A DNA stretch of 64,000 nucleotides from Tubulanus polymorphus (taxonomy: Eukaryota; Animalia; Nemertea), in NCBI RefSeq assembly GCF_964204645.1, contig NC_134034.1, positions 2,046,072 to 2,110,071 of the forward strand, written 5' to 3'. The notes beneath the pieces were generated by a model. That model was not told the DNA's origin. It saw only the letters and a list, made by a program, of their open reading frames with translations, and made no database searches. Positions 27,701 through 41,800 of the stretch are shown here, piece after piece. How positions within the stretch are numbered: the stretch's first letter is position 1; each line of letters opens with the position of its first letter. The position numbers were made by a program, and so were the translations under genes.

Positions 27701-30700
27701 TTCGCATTCATTGGCAACAGCCAAATACTAGCGCTAGCAGTCGGAAATATGCATTTCTTTTGTGGATGACTCCAAGAAAATCCAGATGATGGCATTTAGG
27801 ACAGCTCCGAGATATCGAAATAAGCCTAACTCATCATCAGGGAATAAGTCACGGAAAAAAAGCAAGTCAAATAATAGCGGGCTTCCTGAATAATTGTGTC
27901 ATGTCTAGGTCTATCTGCTGTGAAGTTTATATTTATGATTAAATCAATAATTCTGTCTTCGATTGTTGTTTTTCAGTCCGGAACTAGTTCAGAATTTACC
28001 ATACGGTGATAAGGCAGACGTCTGGGCGATCGGATGTATACTGTATCAGATGTGTATGTTGAAACCGCCGTTCTTCGGGAACAATATGCTCTCTTTAGTC
28101 AAAAAGGTACGTTTCCAATATGGCTGCCTCCATAAATCCCCCTATGACATCATTAAACTAACTTCAAGTGATTATTTATCGATGAACACTTCCAGAAGAA
28201 ATGTCTTCTCTCATAAAGTCCATGATGTCACTAAAACTATGGTAGTTTGGTATATAGACGCTTACAGAAAAGATGCCTGTCTCTATTAATCCCCCTATGA
28301 CATCATCGAATCTTCCTAATTTTTCTGATCATTCGTTTTAATTTCGTAGATCGTTGAAGCCGAGTACGAACCAATAACGGACGCGGAATACTCCGACAAA
28401 ATCAAAGTCACCATCAGAAGGTAAGAAGTCTGACTTGATATAGCTGACTAGTTGCCATCTTAGATATTTAAGAATTTAAATTGAATTAGTCCCGTATTGA
28501 TGGTATATCGTGTAGTATTTAGTGCCTGCACACTAGCACCACTTAGTGGATGTTCAATTGCCGCAGTAACATCTCCACTATGCGTACAAGACTGACTTCT
28601 TACTAGCACCACCTTGTGAATCCTCAATTGCCGCAGTAAATTTCCACTATGCATACAAGACTGACTTCATACTAGCGCCACCTTGTGAATCCTCAATTGC
28701 CACAGTAAATTTCCACTATGCATACAAGACTGACTTCATACTAGCGCCACCTTGTGAATCCTCAATTGCCACAGTAAACTTCCACTATGCATACAAGACT
28801 TACTACTCACTAGTGCCACCTTGTGGATCCTCAATTGCCACAGTAAATTTCCACTATGCGTACAAGACTTCTCCCTGCGCCACCTTGTGGATGCTCAATT
28901 GCCACAGTCGCATCGCGGGTTAGAAATATTTGAAATGAATACGTATTTTTCTGTTTGGATAGTTGTATTATGGCTGATCCGGAGAAACGGCCGGATATCG
29001 TAGGTGTCGCCGGTGTGATAGCAGACGTGATGCTCGTTCACATGGACGCGTTGCGCGTGACGCAGATCTCGATGGAGAAGAGACTGGAACGCGAGCGACG
29101 ACGCACCGAACGACACTACTACGAGGCGAACAAAAACATGCAGAACTATCATCGGCTGTTCCTCGTGTCGCAAGAACGTTACGATAAACTACTGGCGAGC
29201 AGCGGCGGAGCGTCGAGTCTGAAGGTAAACCAACAATGAGCGTGGAATGAAAAATCCAAGCGGTTGGGACCAGTTTCAGTCGTGATTCCAAAAGTCGAGT
29301 TAATTCTTAAGACTGGTCTTAAGTTGTCAGGTTGGCAATAGAACTAAGAGTATGCTTAGACTGGTCATAAATTGTTAGATAGATTACAGAACTTAAATGA
29401 GTTTAGAGTGTCTTAAGTATACGAAAGCAGGTGAGCAGACGAAGTTTTTAGGCCCGCAGTTCTCTAGATGTCCAGGGTGGTTGCAGTTTGTATCGGAATA
29501 CTAAAAACTCTTGCACCTCTTAATCATGTCAGGTGACCAACTTAACTTGCATTACTTAGCGTCCGTTTCAGCTCCAGAGTGCCCCGATATAACTGTCTCA
29601 GTGTGGCTCTGGATATCGGTCCCTGAAATTGTTCTGGAACTGCTAGGTGAAATGTTTTGTGTATTTTTGAAGGACGGTGAATTCAGCGATTCGAACAGCG
29701 TTTTCTCCGATCTCGAGTCGTTCGACGGTCGTCACGGTGACAGTCGTCCGGGAAGCGGTACGCGTCCGGGTAGCGGTACGCGCCCGGCGAGTGACTACGC
29801 CCGTCGACGCCGCGCAGCCACCGACGCCCGATCGGGTAGCAGCGGAACGCGGGGCTCGCGCGCGGATAGCGGTACCGTTGACTACGCGCGCGGCCTGGTC
29901 GCGGCGGCGTATCCCGAGGATAAACGACGCGACGTAGGTGGCGCTGCTGATAATTACGATAAAGAAGGTAAGAAAATTTTCAGGTAGTTTAATGTTCCTT
30001 AAATGACTCTGGATTTTGAACTGCCAAAACAAGCCCAAAAGTGCTCGATATTTTATAAATTCACAAATTTCAAAAGATCTTGGGTTCAGAGAGATCCATA
30101 GTAGCAAGAACAGTACAAATCTTATTTCTAATTTCTAATGATTTCTTATTCTATGTAAATACAAAAATCAAAATGTAAATCACTTGCACAGAAGAGGGGA
30201 TTATGTAACTCCCAAAAACTTTCGCTACAGTGAATACATTTACTCATTAGAAAACGAGATTTGTACGAGATTCGTTCTTGCTATTACTGATTTTTTATTT
30301 CGAAAAGAATTTTCTAAATTTCTCTTCGAAGGTTGGGTTAGCGACGACGAGGGCAGCAGTTCGCAGAACAGCAGCCGCGGTAGCAGCGCGGGCGGCAGCT
30401 CGACGAAATCGTCGTCGGAAATGTCGGGAACGTTGAAAGCGGCAGACGACGACGACGTCGAGCAGACGACCATCGTCGTGCCGATGATGAAACCGCCGGC
30501 GACGCCGCGGAAAAGGAACAACGATAAAAAAGGAGCGAAATGGGAACAGGAATTATCGGTGGATATTCCGGAAAGCGGTAGGTTCACAAGCTGGAATTAA
30601 TTTTAGAAATTGAATTTGTTAGATTTGATTTAATTTGATTTATACGGCTAATTAGGAAATTAGATTAATTTAATTGGATTAGTTAACTTGATTTGAGTCA

Positions 30701-33700
30701 ATTATCAAATTTATTAAGAAACTTAATTGTGGTCTAGTTAAAAAGCGGGGATTAATTTTAGAAATTGAATTTGTTTGATCTGATTAAGAAGTATGATTTA
30801 ACTCAATTAAATCAATCAATTCATAAATCAAATTAATTTGATGAATTTGATTGATTGAAATAGTTAATGAATAAATCTAATCAATTCGATTAAGAAATTT
30901 AGTTCAATTTAATATGGATTTTACCTTAAATATTCTGAGGAGTAATGGACGCTTCATAGTGAAATGCCCGAGTGCTGATGGGTCAATTTAGTTAAATTCA
31001 ATTTCAATATAATCAGTCAATACGTGTTAATTTTGTCGGCTTATTTTCAGCGAAGTCCAGTTATCGCGATTCCGGTCTCGAGTCCGGGGATCCGTCCCCG
31101 AACGCGCCGACGTGCTCTCCTCCGTCGTCTGCGGGCGGCGAATCGGCGACGAGAATCCCGCCGATTCAACGATCGGTCAGCACGAACACGCTGGAATCAC
31201 CGACCGCTCAACGCAGGAATCCGCCTTCGAATAAACCACGTCCGAGTAAGTGTTTAATGAATGTAGATAATCTGTTTTAATTCAGCCATGTTTTTAAGGG
31301 TGAAACTAAGAGCTTTTTGAAAGTTTGCTGTTTGGTCACAGTTTGTATCGATGTGAATATTCTTCAGACCGAGTTCATCGTAGTTGCGTTGTAACTCTAG
31401 AAGGTTATGCGGTATCATCGGTTCAATTGTCCGTTCAAAAATCAATAAGAAGCCATGTTCACGCAATTTCCAATAGGGTGGTTCCGCGAATACCCCAATC
31501 ATCGAGCCATCGGCATCAATTTCCTTTATGGGTTGGCTCCAGGAATACCCAAATCACGATATTTGGAGCCGATCCCTTTCTAGTGGTTGGTGGCTTCGAG
31601 AATCTCAAAATTATATGCCCATTGGAGCCTTCCTTGTCCTGAGTGGGTGGCTCCGAATATCGAATTGTTGTGAGTAGTGTTTTATGAAAGTGATCCCCTG
31701 TGCACGTGCTTACATCGTCGTCAGAACGTGTTGTTTCTCTTCATGTCAAAATCGTCTCTTCGTAAAATTCGCGGTAATATTGTATCATATTCTGTACTCC
31801 GTATTTTTTCAGGGAATTTGATCGGTAAGATTTTCATCGTCTGCTGCTGCTGCATGTGTTCAGTTTTTAGTTCTGTCTCGTTACGTTTTATTAAATCTTT
31901 TTCCCCCCCACGATGTACGATATTATTATTACGATTTTTTCGTAGATCGAAGTTTTGAGTTTTTGTTGGGTTTGTTGCATGTTGTGTCCACTTTTTACAG
32001 GAATTTTATTCGTACAGTAAACAATGCTCAAGTCGGATCTGTTTGAACTTGGATATTCGTTTGTGACGCAATGTGGAATATATGATTACTAAGTCGGATA
32101 TCGCTGATGTCCTTAAAGGTCCGAATTGAGCGGAGTCTACTAAATTTCTATATTTTGTTCTCATGAGCCAATATCCAGCGCCGTCGATTACTTACGTTTA
32201 CTTTCTAGAACCCGTTTCCTGCCGGTAGTTAGAATTTTCATTTATAATTCGCCGCATGTTGAGGAAATGTTATTTTATTCACTTAAGCGCACTGCAACTA
32301 TATCAATTTAATCTTAGTTTTCGTTTAACCCTTTCAGCGCGTCTACACCGCAATGCGGTGTATAAGTCGGTGTATAAGTCGCTAGTACACTGCACCGGGT
32401 GTATTATGTAATAATTAGTTTTTATCTCTATTGAAAGATGGCAGCACCTGTCAAACATAGTGAAATACTAGTAACTAACGATACACCGCACCACGGTGTA
32501 GACGCACTATAGCTGTATGCCAGTTATTCAATACACTGGGGTGGAAATTTTTTTTAATTTTCGAATTATCTCCAGCACTTAAGGGAAGCACTGAAAGGGT
32601 TAATCTGAATTTCTCATAAATGAATTTCATCGATCCTGAATGGTCCTGAAAAAGCGGGGCTAACTAATTACATGAATCCATCCCTCACCGTTTTCGTACT
32701 TAAAAATTCAACATATTCTCTTCATTCGCGGTTTCTTTCAGGCAGCGCCAATACGGCCACGCTGACGATATCGCCGCGCAAAGTTCGTCAGATTTCCGAC
32801 CCGATTTTACAACTGCTCAATCAACTTCATAAAATCATCTATATTTGCCAGGTATGTACCGAAAGTCTCAATTCACTCGGGGATCGGACCGATAGGAAAA
32901 TTACAGTGGCAACTTACCCGGAACAGAGTTTAACGCTCGTTTGTTTGTTTTTTCTACAGTTACCGCCGAGTTTGTGTCACAACCCGCGACGTCGCGCAAT
33001 CGAGATGTTTAAACGAGGTTTATTCACTTCGCAAAGTTCATCGTTGAATTTGAAAAACGAACTGAAAAAAGTAAGTAATCAATATCGCGAATAAATCCCC
33101 CTGTGACATCATCAGATAACGTATTGATTTAACACTTCTAGAAAAGATGGTTTCTCCCATAGCTCTCCCTATGAAATCATGAATTTGATTTAACTGTGAA
33201 GGCGGCCATCTTTTCTGGAAGTGTCTATAGATCAAATCATTGGTAGGTTATTTGATGATGTCGTAGGGAGATGTGTGAAGGCAGCCATCTATTCTGGAAG
33301 AGTCTACAGACAAAATCACTAGTAATTTGATGTCATAGGGGGATTTATGCAGACAGACATCCTAACTGGAAATGTCGTTAGATTAAAACACAAGTAGACA
33401 ATTTGATGATGTCATAGGGGGATGTGTTAAGGCAGCCATCTTTTCTTTAAGTGCATGAACCAAATCATAGGTGGACTGTTTAATGATGTCATAGTCTGAT
33501 TCATAAAGGCAGCGAAAATGGGTCTATAGATCAAATGATAATCATGTAATTTGATGATGTCATAGGGGGATTTATGGAGGCAGACGTCTTTTCTAAAGTG
33601 TCTATAGGGCCTATGTCTTTTTTTCTGTAAAACTATATGCGCATTATGGTTATATATTTGTAGCTGCTGACCGGATCACAAGATCTCATCGATTTCAACT

Positions 33701-33987
33701 CAGTCGGTGCGCTGGGAGCAGGCGGTGCCGGCGGATTGGTCGAATCTCCGCTGGCGAGTCGCCAGTTCAGTCGACAGACGAGTCGCGACGCGTCGGCCGC
33801 CGGGACGGATGACTCCGACATCGGTTTCACCTACGAACAGATGCAGTCGATTATCGAGGGCGCGCTCGTCGAGAGCGGATACTACGACATGTCGACGACC
33901 GCGCGTAATAAAAACACGGGCCTCGGACTGATCGGTAATCAACAGTTCGAACAGGCCAGACGTAAAATGTCTTTCGACGTTCCGTAA
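18739..33987 (+). CDS. NEK10: NIMA-related kinase 10 (ARM repeats plus kinase); 24 coding exons: 18739-18800, 19121-19423, 19769-19895, 20528-20606, 20992-21139, 21515-21601, 22187-22408, 22489-22612, 24203-24385, 24915-25082, 25601-25774, 26581-26716, 27137-27258, 27424-27526, 27611-27689, 27977-28106, 28350-28420, 28963-29224, 29673-29967, 30332-30577, 31051-31245, 32722-32851, 32960-33070, 33664-33987
   Basis: LGSGAFG, AMKE, the NEK10-type HRDLTPNN, DFGLA, CPE, LRFLFSMERNR, SPRKVRQISDPI. Splice phases agree throughout. The start exon is less certain. Confidence 0.93.
19941..20438. mobile_element. Penelope-like relic: ~70-bp inverted ends enclosing a hammerhead-like core
   Basis: 19941-20011 is the near reverse complement of 20368-20438. 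Minus strand 20047-20012 reads CTGATGA-GGGGAT-ATG-ATCCC-GAAA-ACGTTCGT-GTC, followed by AATAAA. Confidence 0.55.
20083..20190. mobile_element. Harbinger-like MITE (family C)
   Basis: TIR g(a/g)cccagttccacagtt, CAG duplicated at 20080-82 and 20191-93. Sister copies at 3897-4004 and ~8850-8955. Confidence 0.75.
23950..24136. repeat. ~187-bp near-perfect palindrome centred on cgacgtttc...gaaacgtcg
   Basis: Arms match as reverse complements; the GAAACGTCG plus AATAAA layout resembles an inverted Penelope end. Confidence 0.8.
25775..26270. repeat. GA-rich polypurine low-complexity tract
   Basis: (GGGAGA)-type units directly after a NEK10 donor. Confidence 0.9.
26345..26555. repeat. ~42-bp minisatellite, 5 copies (tcccccattcattccccctacgacagcgggatatcctctcaa)
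   Basis: Read directly. Confidence 0.9.
28530..28910. repeat. ~60-bp minisatellite (ctagcgccaccttgtgaatcctcaattgccacagtaaatttccactatgcatacaagac...)
   Basis: About 6 copies. Related monomers at ~39270-39370, 47720-47960 and 52650-52760. Confidence 0.85.
32329..32599. mobile_element. piggyBac-like non-autonomous MITE (~270 bp)
   Basis: TTAA|CCCTTTCAG...CTGAAAGGG|TTAA (TTAA at 32325-28 and 32600-03). Other copies at ~10322-10522, 15890-16181 and 21721-22078 (the last has a duplicated 5' end). Confidence 0.8.
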
Positions 33988-35509
33988 GCTCGTGGCTTTC
34001 GAAACCGGAGGTATATTTCGGGATGTACAGTGAGAATAGCGTCGTCGTAGCTGCGATGATCATTGCGCAAGGGCGGGTTTAGGGGGGTTCACTGGGTGGA
34101 CTGGTCCGCCCCTTCAAAATGTGCCCTTCAAAAAATCTGAAAAGATATATTTTGCAAAGAAAACTTTAAAAAGACGAAATATAGATCCAAATGATCCCTC
34201 ATAACAGCAGGAAAAGCCCCTTTCTGCTCTGAATTTCTTTGATAGGGCGACCAGAACTCCCACCAATGTTTTGTACTCGTAGCCTTCGCATTGCGAAATC
34301 TCACCCTTTTCAGTTACAACCCATTCTAAAAATCCTAGATCTATCCTCGTTGCATTGACGACTTATCCAAGTGACGAAATATCACATAGTGAATTTAATT
34401 GGAAATAGAAAATTGGGACTCAAAAATCGTGACGACGTAAGCGATGTTTTGACTTTCAAAATGACGACTTACGAGTGTATTTTTTTTTCTTTCTGTAAAT
34501 AAAGCCACCGGTAAAAGTTCTTTCAAAAGATATTTCTGCTGACTAGACACTATAACACGGATCGGGTTATTATAAAATAGTTCATTGCATCCATGAAGTT
34601 CCCTGATGACATTACTAATTTCATGATGTCATTAATGCATTACATCAAATTGCTCGTAGACAATTTGATGTACTGCATTAATGTAGGCTGACATCTCTTT
34701 CTGGAAGTGTCTATGGACCAGTAATCACTATAAGACAATTTGATGATGTCATAGGGGGATTTATGTAGGGGGCCGTCTTTTCTAAGAGTGTCTATAGATC
34801 AAATTACTAATAGGTGATTTGATGATGTCATCCTTGCGCCATCTTCTCTTAAAGGGTCTGTAGATTGATAAAATGATGTCATAGGGGGTTTTATGGAGGC
34901 AGCCATCTTTTCTTGAAGTGTCTATAGATGAAATATTCATTCCATGATGTCATAGGGGGTTTTATGAAGGCAAACATAATTTTTGTAAGTGTTTAAAGTT
35001 GAAATCATAATTTATGATGTCATAGGGCCATTTTATGGTAGTAGCCATCTTTTCCGGAATTGTCTACCAATGATTCCTCAAAAATATGGATGAAATTTAT
35101 ACATATGTTGAACTGGTCTTTTCAGGGTTTATCTTCTCTGAAATTTGTGGGGAGGGAGTACTCTCTGAGATGAGGAGGATTGAAGGGGTAATTCAGTCAT
35201 TTTTTCAAACATTTACCTATTATTTGTACAGCATATTTTTAATTGCTCATTCGTGATTAATGATTAATTTATATATCGATGAAAATTGATCAATTTTCCT
35301 GAAATGTATTCATCATCTTCAAGCCGTCCATCTACCTACCTACCTGTCCACCATGTTTTAAATCATAATAAGATTATCATTATTCATTATTAAGATAATT
35401 ATTAATAATATTGTTAGTAAGTCAGTACTTGTTAAATGTTTTAAGAATGTCCACTTTGTGTCTCATTGTTAACAGTTAGTTCGTTGTACAGATGAAATTT
35501 GTATTACTA

Positions 35510-36005
35510 TGATTGTCCCCGATTGTCGAGAACAATCTCTGAAAATGGTTTTCTGTCCCCTGATTGTCAGGAACAGTCTCTAAAAATAGCATTCTGTCCC
35601 CTGATTGTCAGGAACAGTGTCTGAAAATGGTTAACTGTCCCCTGATTGTCAGGAACAGTCTCTAAAAATAGTATTCTGTCCCCTGATTGACAGGAACAGT
35701 GTCTGAAAATGGTTAACTGTCCCCTGATTGTCAGGAACAGTGTCTGAAAATGGTTTACTATCCCCTGATTGTCAGGAACAGTGTCTGAAAATAGTATTCT
35801 GTCCCCTGATTGTCAGGAACAGTGTCTGAAAATGGTTTACTGTCCCCTGATTGTCAGGAACAGTGTCTGAAAATAGTATTCTGTCCCCTGATTGTTTGGA
35901 ACAGTCTCTGAAAATGTTTAACTGTCCCCAGATTGTCATGAACAGTCTCTAAAATGGTATTCTGTCCCCTGAATGTCAGGAACAGTCTCTAAAATGGTTA
36001 ACTGT
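35510..36005. repeat. ~41-bp minisatellite (tgtcccctgattgtcaggaacagtgtctgaaaatggttaac)
   Basis: About 12 copies downstream of NEK10. Confidence 0.9.
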
Positions 36006-38845
36006 GGGGTCGCTCATGTTCTCATTCCACATAAATGTTAATTGTTAAATAGCCGTCCATGTGTTATAAAAATCGCCAGTCAAATTTTAAATGTAAATAC
36101 ATTCAGAAAAAGTAAATATATCATGTTTTCTTCTCCCTGTTTTACACTGATCTTTTGTCGATATTCTTTTAATTACATGACAACTTAATGTACAATCAAT
36201 TAATTCCATGTCAATAGTCAGATTTTTATTGAATATTTTATCATTTGCATGACTTGATATCTTATTTCATCCATACATTACAATCAATATACGAACGTTT
36301 GGATTTGATTTTAATGTCCGTCCAGAAATTTTTTATCTCATGCATGTAGCTTATACTGTCCGTATTATGTCTGTGTTCCCTGAAAATGGTTTACTGTCCT
36401 CTAATTGTTGCGAGCATTCCAAACTTCATGGTTCCTCTATTGAAAATCAATACAATCGCAGACGATACATCTTTTTAACCGTTATTTTCAAACGAGTCAA
36501 TGTAAATATATACATGTAATATACACTGAGAAATAAAACACTAAATCTTCGTTGAATTTGTGATATTGTTCTTTCACTTTTTTAGTTTTTGAAAGTTGCT
36601 TCTGTTTCCTTGGTTTGTAGGCTAGGGCCAGTTGAACAATCGAGGCTTAGATTGGAGACCTGTTAGACCAACTTAGTTATAGCTATCTCAGTTAATTTAA
36701 GACCGAATCCTAGGATTAGAGCTCACTTCTGGGCTGTAGTCGCCGTTGTACAGCTGGGCCCTCTGTCCACTTGATGGCGCCCTGGTTGGGTTTTGAAGGT
36801 TCTGATTCTTTCCTCAAGGTGGCGTGAACGGTTAAGCTTGAAGGTTCGTATACGTTCCACTAGGTGGAGGAGAAGTCAAGCTGTCCCGAGGACGCAGTGT
36901 TTCACCTCTGATTAAGAAACAGAAATTGTCATCAAACCAGAATAGTCAAAATTCTTCTACACAGCCAATATTCGTTGAGATTTCAGACAAGCAACTAAAG
37001 CAAATTTGTTATCAGAACTCGAAAAACATCCACCTATATCATCATCCTTATCCCAATTAGACGGCCGACGAGAACAGGGAAGCTGGATACAATTCTGTCC
37101 CACCTTTCTCAAGCTGGAATTTCTCGATGAACTACAGTTCCGGTTCTAGTCAGCTTGGAACGACTATCTTTGAAATTACGTACGACTCCTTGCACCATGG
37201 AGAAATGGTCTGACTCTTACGGGTTTTGATTCTGGCCAGTAGATTGAAGGCTATGACTGAACATTCCAATGACTGAACACTCTAATCTGCTCAATCAGGT
37301 GATGAGTTTTGGTCCATATATGATATATGTAAATTCTCTAGTTTTTACGTCTATGGTCCACTCCACTAGCGGCTCCATGATGATGATGATGGCCGGCAGT
37401 GGTTGGAAAATATACATTCTTCCGTTTCGGTTTGGCAGCACCGTTTTAGTTTTAGATGTCTGCTGAGGTCATACGCAACTAAAAGAAACGATTCTTTGTA
37501 GTAAACTACCAAATTTATTAATGTACCTATATACTGACATATATATCTAACATTCCTAGATCCGCGAATCGATCTACATCAATATTCGATTAAAGACATC
37601 AGATTTAAACGACATTAGATCTACGACATTAATGCAAAACGCTTTGAATATCATATATACATACTATCATGAATTGAATGAAATATTCAGAGAAGTAGAT
37701 TTCCCAAATTGACTGAGTTTTAAATCCTGAATGTTTAAGCCTATATACATCTTCACCCGTCAAGGGATTCGAACCCACTACGCTAAAGCTGTTCCCCGAA
37801 CCCCTTGACCTCACGAGTCGTTGGAGTCGTTACTAGCCGACCAGAATCTGGTCGTACCAATCACAGCGCTTGTAACAAACCGTCAGTAGACTTCTGTTGG
37901 TTTTCCCGTTAAATTGACCAATCAGCGAACGTTTTACCGAACAAGGAAGTATTTCGCAAATCGATATATGACGTCACGCGCAACAGCGCCAGTAATGAAA
38001 TCACGCTTCGTGAGGCCAGGGGGCTGGTGGAAGCGAGTTCAGGAGTGATACCGGACCCCTGGCAAGCGAGGATGGGATATGGGAGGTCTATCCGATACAA
38101 AGACATATTAATTTACCAATATATACACGAATATGCTCGCTTAAACTTATAATATCAGTAAATCCAAAAAACTCTCGCTCTCCCCCTAAAAAGTCTACAA
38201 GAGAAATTGAAAAACTATCGATATGTTTGAGTTTAGGTGGGGGGGGGGGGGGTTTATTGAGTGGAACTGGCCGCGCTATAGACACCGAGAACCAGTTGCA
38301 CAGTCAAGGCTTACGGCCGACTTATAGTTCCATAGCCAAATGCCCGCGTAAGATCTTGGTTCCATAGCCAATCTAATGACTTCAGCTTAAGCTCATTTTG
38401 GTTCTATGACCAGTCTAAGCGCAACTCGATTCTATATAACCAATCTAACGACTAATGACCAATCTTAGCTCATTTTGGTGTTACGTGTAGCAAGAGCCAA
38501 TCTAACAACGTTGGCGTAGGACCAGTGTAAGCTGATTTTGGTTTCATACCCAATCTAACAACTTAAAACCATTCTGAGCTCATTTTGGTTTTTATAACCA
38601 ATCTAACACCTAAGGTAACACTGACTCAGTCTCTTTAATGCTGACAGCCGAAATCAAAAACACGCTTATTTTTGGCCCAAAGGTCAATAACAACTCAATA
38701 GACAGTCTACGCTCATCCTGCGCGAATCGCGAATCTAGCAATTTAAGCGGCGACTCTTTTCCTTCGAGAGACTCCTATTATACCGCGAAGTCATGACTGG
38801 GCAACATGGTCCCAGGCGTCCCCGGAAATAGACCGAGTGACGTCA

Positions 38846-41800
38846 TTATTCCTCCTTCTTCCTACGGCGTCTACGTCGTCTGCGTTTACGGTTTTTCCTC
38901 GGTTTGGTTTCGTTTTCATGTTTGTTACGTCGCGGTTGTTTCGTGTGCGCGACATCCAGAAATATCATTTGCATTTCCATGTTTCCGTACGGACTTTTTA
39001 TCCGCACGATGTAGCTACCGGTGTTCTTCCGCGTTACGTTGTGTAGTCTTACCCGGAAGTCTAACCAGCGACTGTAGTACCGCCCGTTTGCAAAGTGTGG
39101 CGCCACCAGTATTGTATACTGCTTCTCTGAAAAATGTATTTCAAATCATTTAAGATAGTCCAATGATATTTCCTTGTCCCTGAAAATGTTCCATCATAGG
39201 CTTGAATCCCGGAAACATTTATGTTGCACGCGTTAATTTCATAAATTTCAATTACTGCAGCAATACAGGATTCCACTTGTGGCAAGTGAGGATCCGCCAA
39301 GTGTCGCTAGTGTGCAGTAGGACATCTACTCATTATTAGCAATTCACTTGTGGCAAGTGAGGATCCAACATGATAAACGAAAGAAAGATTAACGAAGCGA
39401 AATTTTCGCTAAGACCGCGACTGTTAGTCACGCCACCTATACTTACTGTATTTCATTTTCTGCCAGTTATGAAACACGTCAATCGATTTGACTTTACCGA
39501 GAACCTCGCAATACAAATCTACAATAGAAAATGCAAATTAATTCTATAAAGATCGAGATCTGTCCTAAATTTGGCATAACGCGAAACACTGGCGCTAAAA
39601 CCTGACTGAAAACATTTCTGAACAATATCAGCTGGGTTTAGTTGCTAGTGCAATATGCGATCTTTTCAGCTGGGTTTAGTTGCTAGTGCAATATGCGATC
39701 TTTTCAGGCGAGGACATAAACCTTCATTTTCCAATCAAAGCGCCCCCTAGTGTCTGGAAATGGAATTTTGCATTCAAGCGCACGTCGTCAGTAAACTTAA
39801 GAACACGGTACACGCACACTCGCGCAAACTCGCGCGCACACTCGCACACACATACACCTGCCTGATTTCCAATCAGAATAATTTTTAATCGCCTGGTCGC
39901 GCCGCTGAAGTCATCAATTTCCCTCGTCGGTGCAAATCGCAACAATTCCACGTCGGGTTCGATAAAAATTCAATTTCGCACCGTCCGATCGAAACCGTCC
40001 GTAACCCGTCTAATCAAGCAGACGATATTGCTGCGCTGGAAACCTGTCCATTCGAGCGGAATGATCATGTTACGTTGGGCGATTACACAAACGCTTTACG
40101 TCGATTCCGATAACGGAATCAAGACGTTTTACAAGACGGATATTCTGCGACGTTTTATGTCTTAAACGGGGGTCGACAATTGTGTCGATTCAACTCTCCA
40201 AAGGATTTCCTCTCTCATCTCTATTTCTATTTTTGTGTCGTCTACCCAGCATTGATCGATGTCACTGATGACGATGATTTGTTTCTAGTTTTATCACCGT
40301 GTTGTGTATCAAAAATCAAACTTGACGCTTGAAAGAACTTGAATTTTGGAACTTGAGTTCGGTACAAAATATCAAGGCACAGGAGTCCACGTGAAGCACA
40401 GTTAGGACAGGTCTTGTGTTGTTGGGGCGGCCCTAGGAAGGTGTCGACAGGTTCAAGCATAGTATCTTAACTTTATATCTTAAATGCCAGTTTTAGTTAT
40501 CTAGATATCTCCGAATCTAATGTTTTAGGTTCGGTTGGTGAGAAGTTGCAAAATCTTATTTAATGACACCGTTTTTCATCTTCTGATATATCCTGATACT
40601 GTACCAAACAGCATCTATTGAGGAAGCTAAATAACGTACCGACATATGGTATGGGTTTTCGGTCCCAGTTACGCGTTATAGCGTTACGACATCTCCACAA
40701 CATCACATCCGTATCGTACATACGTAAATAATTGTTGATATCCTGAAATTAGTTTCAAGATTTATGATTAGAATAATGAGAAAAAGCTATGAAATATCGT
40801 TCAACACGCTCGTATAGCTAGCACTTTTATTGGCAGCTTTTCTACAAAAGGGAGGGTCAATTTAAAAGCTAAAAAAGGCCTACCTTTGGGGCAAATCAGA
40901 ATAAAAGGCGAAAATATTGCCCCTAAATCTAGGCTAGAGGAAGGTTAATCGTAGGAATTGATGGGACTCGAACCAAAGACATCGAGGCTCGGAGGCCAAC
41001 TAACAACCCACGGGGCCACTTAACCGTGGTGACCAAATATCAAGTTTGTCTGGTTTATGTAGGCGTTCGGTGACCAGCCAGGTTAAGTGACCAATCAGGT
41101 GTGGTGATTTTCAAATGCCCTATTCACCGACAGTTCGGAATTCTCTGCTTACTGGAGGTTTTTTTTTTATCAGGTCCGAGATTTGCAAGGGAAGTCTTCT
41201 TAGGCCAACCTTCCAACAAAAATTCAACATTGAGAAAAAAGATAGAGCATAGGACGACAGTGATTCGAAATAAGACTTTAAAACTCAGGGAAAACATTTA
41301 CATCCGTAAACAATTCCACATGGCTAGAAAAGTTGTATTAAACCAGAAACGTGAATATATACATGCACATGTAGTAGTTTGAGGGTTAGAAACTCTGCCC
41401 TCGCAGGAGTGGGAGCATAATGGGCATGTGCCCCCGTCGCGATCTTCCCGTACGTTTTTGAGACGGCAATATTTTTCAGGGAAATCATTCCACCCATAAC
41501 TGATAGATCAACAGCCCCAATGATAAGCTTATATTCTCATCTATGTCACTGAAGGGCCTGAAAATTCCATTTAAATGCACTGAAACTTCATAATCTTCCA
41601 AACCCCTTCACGGCTTCACGGTCACTAATACGTGGACACTGGCCTTTTCAGTATAGATGCCCTTTTAATTTGTCATGATTTCTTTGCGCTCCTGTTAAAG
41701 TCCGCCTCTGGGTCTTCATAACAGCTTCGACGGGTAAATATTGGCTCATTTACCTGACGAAGCTGCTATGAAGCGAATAACTCGCAAGTTTTGATAAAAT

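Noticed and set aside
40262-40298. 37-nt resemblance (28/37) to the start of the 47555 exon
   Set aside because: Short, AT-rich, does not extend and hits a stop in the homologous frame; chance or an unprovable relic.
40960-41020. tRNA-like B-box motifs here and at ~932, 14657, 37763, 47804 and 58362
   Set aside because: No complete cloverleaf; at most tRNA-derived SINE fragments.
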